Source: Marsupella aquatica
Taxonomy: Eukaryota > Plantae > Marchantiophyta
Reading direction: 5' to 3'
Assembly: GCA_973895155.1 (NCBI GenBank)
Contig: OZ316892.1
Span: 2,359,223 to 2,423,222, forward strand
Length of the DNA stretch: 64,000 bases
The position numbers were made by a program, and so were the translations under genes. Position 1 is the first letter of the stretch. Each line of letters opens with the position of its first letter. Below are positions 59,358 through 64,000 of the stretch, piece after piece. The notes below the pieces were generated by a model that saw only the letters and a program-made list of their open reading frames with translations, ran no database searches and was not told the origin of the DNA.

Positions 59358-60909
59358 CATATGGCTTCCGTCTAGTTGGCTTTTCTTGTGACTGCCAGTC
59401 TGAGCAGTTCATGCTAAATGTTTTCCGTCGTGTGAAAATGAATTCTCTGTCAGAAACACTTAAACAAATCAAACAGTCGTCGAATGGGTGGACAGGAAGT
59501 TGAGCTCTGGGGCAAGAAGAAATGCTTTGCCCTTGAGTTATCCCGAGGGAAAACGACAGATGGAATCCAGGACTTGAACAATTTTTAATGCAATGAGATT
59601 CAGTTCATTTCAGTTCAATTAGAGAAAGAAATCGATGAATGAAGGTGGTGAAATTCAACTGGCCAAACATGATCTTCACGTAAGACTTTAGAAGCGACTG
59701 GTATGAAGTAAGAAGCAAGGAAAACAGCAGGCAAAGCAGGTGCAAGGTCCAAGGCTATCATGTCAACTAGTGGACAGGGACGCCCACAAAGAGCATGCAG
59801 ATAGTGACACAGGGGCGTCATGGTGGAGTAGTAAAGAGCAGGCAACACCAGAGTAGGTTCATCGTAACAGTGATTATACAGGTACTCCCTCAAACGACAG
59901 TGCAAGGTATTGATACCAGGAAGCCACGTTGTGATTAGATACTGGGACGAGAGGGATAAGACATAGCTCTGAAGGCGGTTGTGTTATGTGTATCAGCAGT
60001 GTAATTATGGACGAAATGTTTGAGAGCCTCATACATATGTATCTAGTGTACATTTTAGCATGAAAAGCACATGGATGCTATATTTTGGATGAAAGTACAT
60101 GTGTGGCCTCATAAGGTTGCTGACAACTCTTCAGACTGTCTTGGGTGTGGTTTCCTTTCCCCTGTTTTCCAAAACGAAACTCTTGTATGAAGAGACCTAT
60201 GGTAATTGTGTTCTTCGGAGTTGTGGAGGTTGCTGTGTCATTCAGACCTTGGATCACAGCGTAGTAATTCAATTGCATGTTCCAGTTTTTTTTAATTAGA
60301 GGTCTTGTATCTGAAACATTTTCGCTGTCGTATTCACTCACGAGAAATGTACCCCTCAAGGTCGAATAGCCCCTTTGCCCACGCAAAGTTCTGTCATTTT
60401 CATTCTCAAGCTGGGATTTGTTCATGTCTTTGCTGCAGTCTTGTTTCCAAACTCGATAAACAGTTGCAATAACTCAAAAGAGTTGATTGCTTCATCTTTT
60501 AGCATCAAGTTTTCTCCCTACAGAAACTGACTTTTGACCTTTCCTCCCCCACCCTTTCCTCCCTATTTCCCCACTGCCCTGACTGTAGGGACCCCCCCAT
60601 GGCACACGCTGCTCCGAGGGTGAATGGGAACTGTCAGGTCTCCATTGTGGCAATCTCAGGGCGGTAGGATCTTCTGCATTTAATTAGGGTTAGTCATTTA
60701 ACCCATGGCCAGAAAAAGGTGGCAAGTGGTGATATTTGACAAAAAAGTGTCCACATTCACACTTCCCATCCCATCACCCATTAGATTGGCTGGGTTAACG
60801 TGACACATTGTGGGGCTGGTTGTTGGGTCTAGAGTTATAAAAATTATCTATTTATTGTGGTAACAGGGACGGCAGGATGGAAAACAGGATGGACTGCCAT
60901 GTTGGACAC

Positions 60910-61350
60910 AGTGCTCCCATGGACCATATTTGGTGGTGCATCCTAGTGTGGGGTCCATATCTTGACAATTATGATTCCTAAAATGATTTTTAGTTCTGCT
61001 AGTGCAAGGCAACTAGAGGAGGAGTAGACTTGAACAAAAAATACAAGCCCAAATATTTCATGTCAACATAAAGAAAATTGATCTAATGAAATTGAACGCT
61101 TCACATTATAGGATTAAACTCAACCAGAAAAACCAAAACGTAAAGAAAATTGATCTGATGAAATTGAACGCTTCACATTATAGGATTAAACTCAACCAGA
61201 AAAACCAAAACTGCACTGTCACTTTGATAAAAGTGTACCTTACCTACTCCTCTAGCATGTCCCCAAAACTAAAAACTATATCTGAATTCAGGTATATCAA
61301 GTTATTACAATTAAACTAATATTTCATGAAGTGTGGTTCACTGGGGTTTC
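60910..61350 (+). repeat. Dispersed AT-rich repeat, copy 2, with a near-perfect internal 72-bp tandem duplication (61069-61211)
   Basis: Homologous to 55680-56050; TAAAGAAAATTGATCT.ATGAAATTGAACGC...AAAACCAAAAC occurs twice. Confidence 0.75.
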
Positions 61351-61529
61351 AATGACCAATCTACAGTAGTGGTCCATGGGGTCTTCAAATTCAACCATTG
61401 CCGGCTCAAATTTTTTAAAAATAAACAGTTAGCACATAGACATAAAACTAAGACCAATCTTGCTATCCATGGGCCTTCAAAACTCGTTCACCTTGGGAAA
61501 AACAAACATAAACAGTAATAAATAAATAA

Positions 61530-61562
61530 ATCTATGTCTATATCTATATCTATATCTATATG
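61530..61562. repeat. (TATATC)n microsatellite
   Basis: Directly visible. Confidence 0.85.
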
Positions 61563-62675
61563 TTGTCAAAAGGATAGAAATGCCAAATGAGGAGACATGA
61601 TCCAAAAGCAAAACGACCACAATAAAGGGGGGAAAACGGAAAGAGCACAGGTGGACTAAAAGAGTCCTAAGTCAGTCCCCCACAACAAGTCCCAATAATA
61701 ACACAGAAACGTAAAATAAAATTGGATCCAATCCCGGCGAAGGCGGTGGGGAGTGTTCACAGAGCCTCTCGCCTTCCAACCTTTAAGCCCACAATTCTTT
61801 GACCCATGCAACAGAAGGCATTCCATTGACGACGCTGAGACTCAATCTTGACAGGTTTCCCCTTCTCAATCGGAAGTAAATCAGTCGAAGCCCAACTCGA
61901 TCGTGGGAATTGCTGCCGGAATTGGTCTCTCCAGTAAAATCAGTCGAAGCCCAACTCCATCGGGGGAGTTGCTGTCGGAATTGGTCTGTCCACGAGAAGG
62001 CGGTGTCGACCTAATCAATCTTGACATATTTGTTTCCTCCTCTCAATCGGGAGCAAAGCTTGTGTACAGTCGATCCCGGCTCGATAGGCGCAGTTCGTGG
62101 AATTGAAGTGGTCGCGCCACGAGAAGGCGATGACGGAGTGATCGAGATTCGGCCAGCATAGTAAGCGTCAGTGGATTGAATTGGAAATTGGGCACTCGCG
62201 TTCTTGCAGAGAGGGTAAGGGAGCGGCATGAGGACGTGAGCATCATCCTCCGCGAGGGGAGGGCTGCTTGTAGGGTTAGTTCCGGGAAGACGTAGACTAG
62301 TACTGGAATTTCGCGAAGAAGGACATCCGGACAAGGGTTTGGGCCGGGGTCGAGAATTCTTGAATTGGAGATAAACGCCCTGCCGACGACGGGAATTATA
62401 GAGCGCAGGTTTTAGGTCCGTATTGCATTGTAATGTTTATCTCGCTGCAGTCAATTTATGGTAGCACTTCGCTCCAGGGGTTCGGACTCTGTCAATTTTC
62501 TAGGCGGATGTAGTTTAGGGTTTTAATAGCCATTCGGAACTCCAGTTTGTTCCGTCTGGACTTTGAGTGAATTGCATTTCTCCTTGCCCGCCTCATTTTT
62601 TCTTGCGATTTCTCCTCTCCAGGCTTTAAATCGGAGGTATAGGAGGATAGCGCAGACACAGAAGGAGGAAAAGCC

Positions 62676-64000
62676 ATGGCGACTGCATCAGCGGCATTCA
62701 AATCCCGAGAGGATCACAGGAAACAGTTGGAGTTGGAGGAAGCTCGGAAGGCCGGGCTCGCCCCAGCCGAGCTCGATGAGGATGGCAAGGAAATCAATCC
62801 TCATATTCCACAGTATATGTCCTCAGCTCCATGGTACCTCAACGCCGAGAGACCAGTAAGCCTTCCTACCATCATCTCACAGCCATGACTCCAACACATG
62901 TGACCAAGGAATAAAAAATATGAGTCGCCATATTATTGGAAGGACTGGCGAATTTGAGAGGATTTTGATTCCCGAGAATAAGTTTTCGTGTTTTCTACCA
63001 TTCATTGCGTAACTCGATGATTTCATATGTCGCTTACAGAGTTTGAAGCATCAACGGAAATGGAAGTCCGACCCGAATTACACCAAGGACTGGTATGACA
63101 GAGGTGCGAAAGTCTATCAAGCAGAGAAGTTTCGCCCAGGCGCATGCACGAAGTAAGTTCTAATAGTCCTTGTTCAGATGGCTTTCATTAATTTTGTGGC
63201 TGGATTGGGGAGCTGGTAGATTAGGGTTTGGTACCTTGTTTTACTCCTAAATGTGAGCGCTAGTCTATATGAAAGACATCCATGTGTGTATAGAGACCAA
63301 ATATCGTCAGATATAAATGGTTGCGTTTGAAGCATATGACTCATTAAGGGGATATATTCGGTATCTTAATCATTTAGGCATGGTCGGTATTAGAGAACAT
63401 CCATTGATTTAATTTATCGATTACATTCCGGATGTCTGTTTTGTGTAGCTGCGGTGCTATGAGCCACGATGTGAAGGGTTGTATGGAGAGACCCAGACAG
63501 ACTGGGGCAAAGTGGACTAATAAGCGGATTGCTGCTGACGAGAAGGTCGAGATTTTTGAGCTGGACTACGATGGCAAGCGTGATCGCTGGAACGGTTATG
63601 ACCCTGCAACGTATGCACGGGTGATAGACACCTACGAAATGCGGGACGACGCCAGGAGAAAGTATCAGAAGGAGGAGCAGATGAAGAAGCTGGAGATGAA
63701 AAATGCGGTTCCGGAAAAGGAGAGAAAGGAAGGGGAAGACAGCGATGATGATGGGGAGGAGGAGGATGATGATGCGGATGTTGATGAAGCGAAGGTTGAT
63801 GAGTCAAAGCAGATGGATTTCGCAAAAGTGGAGAAACGTGTTAGAACTACTGGCGGTGGAAGTACTGGAACTGTCAGGTGAGGTCCCTTAAGTCGTAAAC
63901 TCTGTGGCCTGTTTGCTCTTTTCGTTTGCATTTCTTCAAAACCTTCGGTTACGATCATAGTGAATGTCTGAGAAGTGCGTTTAATGATCGTAGATTCCGA
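62676..64000 (+). CDS. SLU7: Pre-mRNA splicing factor SLU7 (SMP-like), 5' part; continues beyond the window
   Basis: [61 protein letters not shown], zinc knuckle [44 protein letters not shown]. Exons at 62676-62855, ~63040-63152 and ~63449-63877. Confidence 0.97.

Overview
This is eukaryotic nuclear DNA from a land plant; gene style and transposon content suggest a non-seed plant such as a liverwort or moss (inference only). Host genes: the 3' half of a full-size ABCG/PDR transporter, an intronless NXPE/PC-esterase-like gene with a frameshifted C-terminus, a PICC-like tail-anchored coiled-coil gene, an intronless GH17-X8 beta-1,3-glucanase, a phosphoglycolate phosphatase, a small DnaJ-type zinc-finger gene and the 5' part of SLU7. 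Mobile DNA: (1) an intact, very young Ty1/copia element (6104-11239, GGTCC target-site duplication (TSD), half-tRNA-type primer-binding site (PBS)); (2) a 5'-truncated CRE-type non-LTR retrotransposon (RT plus restriction-like endonuclease) with a solo 3'-tail copy; (3) a decayed Tork/Tnt1-like copia (46839-53226, TCCCT TSD). Element (3) appears nested in the most unusual feature here: a remnant carrying convergent KolX-like (P2X7-ballast-like) and Kolobok-transposase-like ORFs, i.e. an apparent Kolobok DNA transposon in a plant. Also seen: a hidden PIP aquaporin pseudogene fragment, a tRNA-like SINE family and several tandem or dispersed repeats. All family calls come from recognising motifs by eye; no database searches were run.
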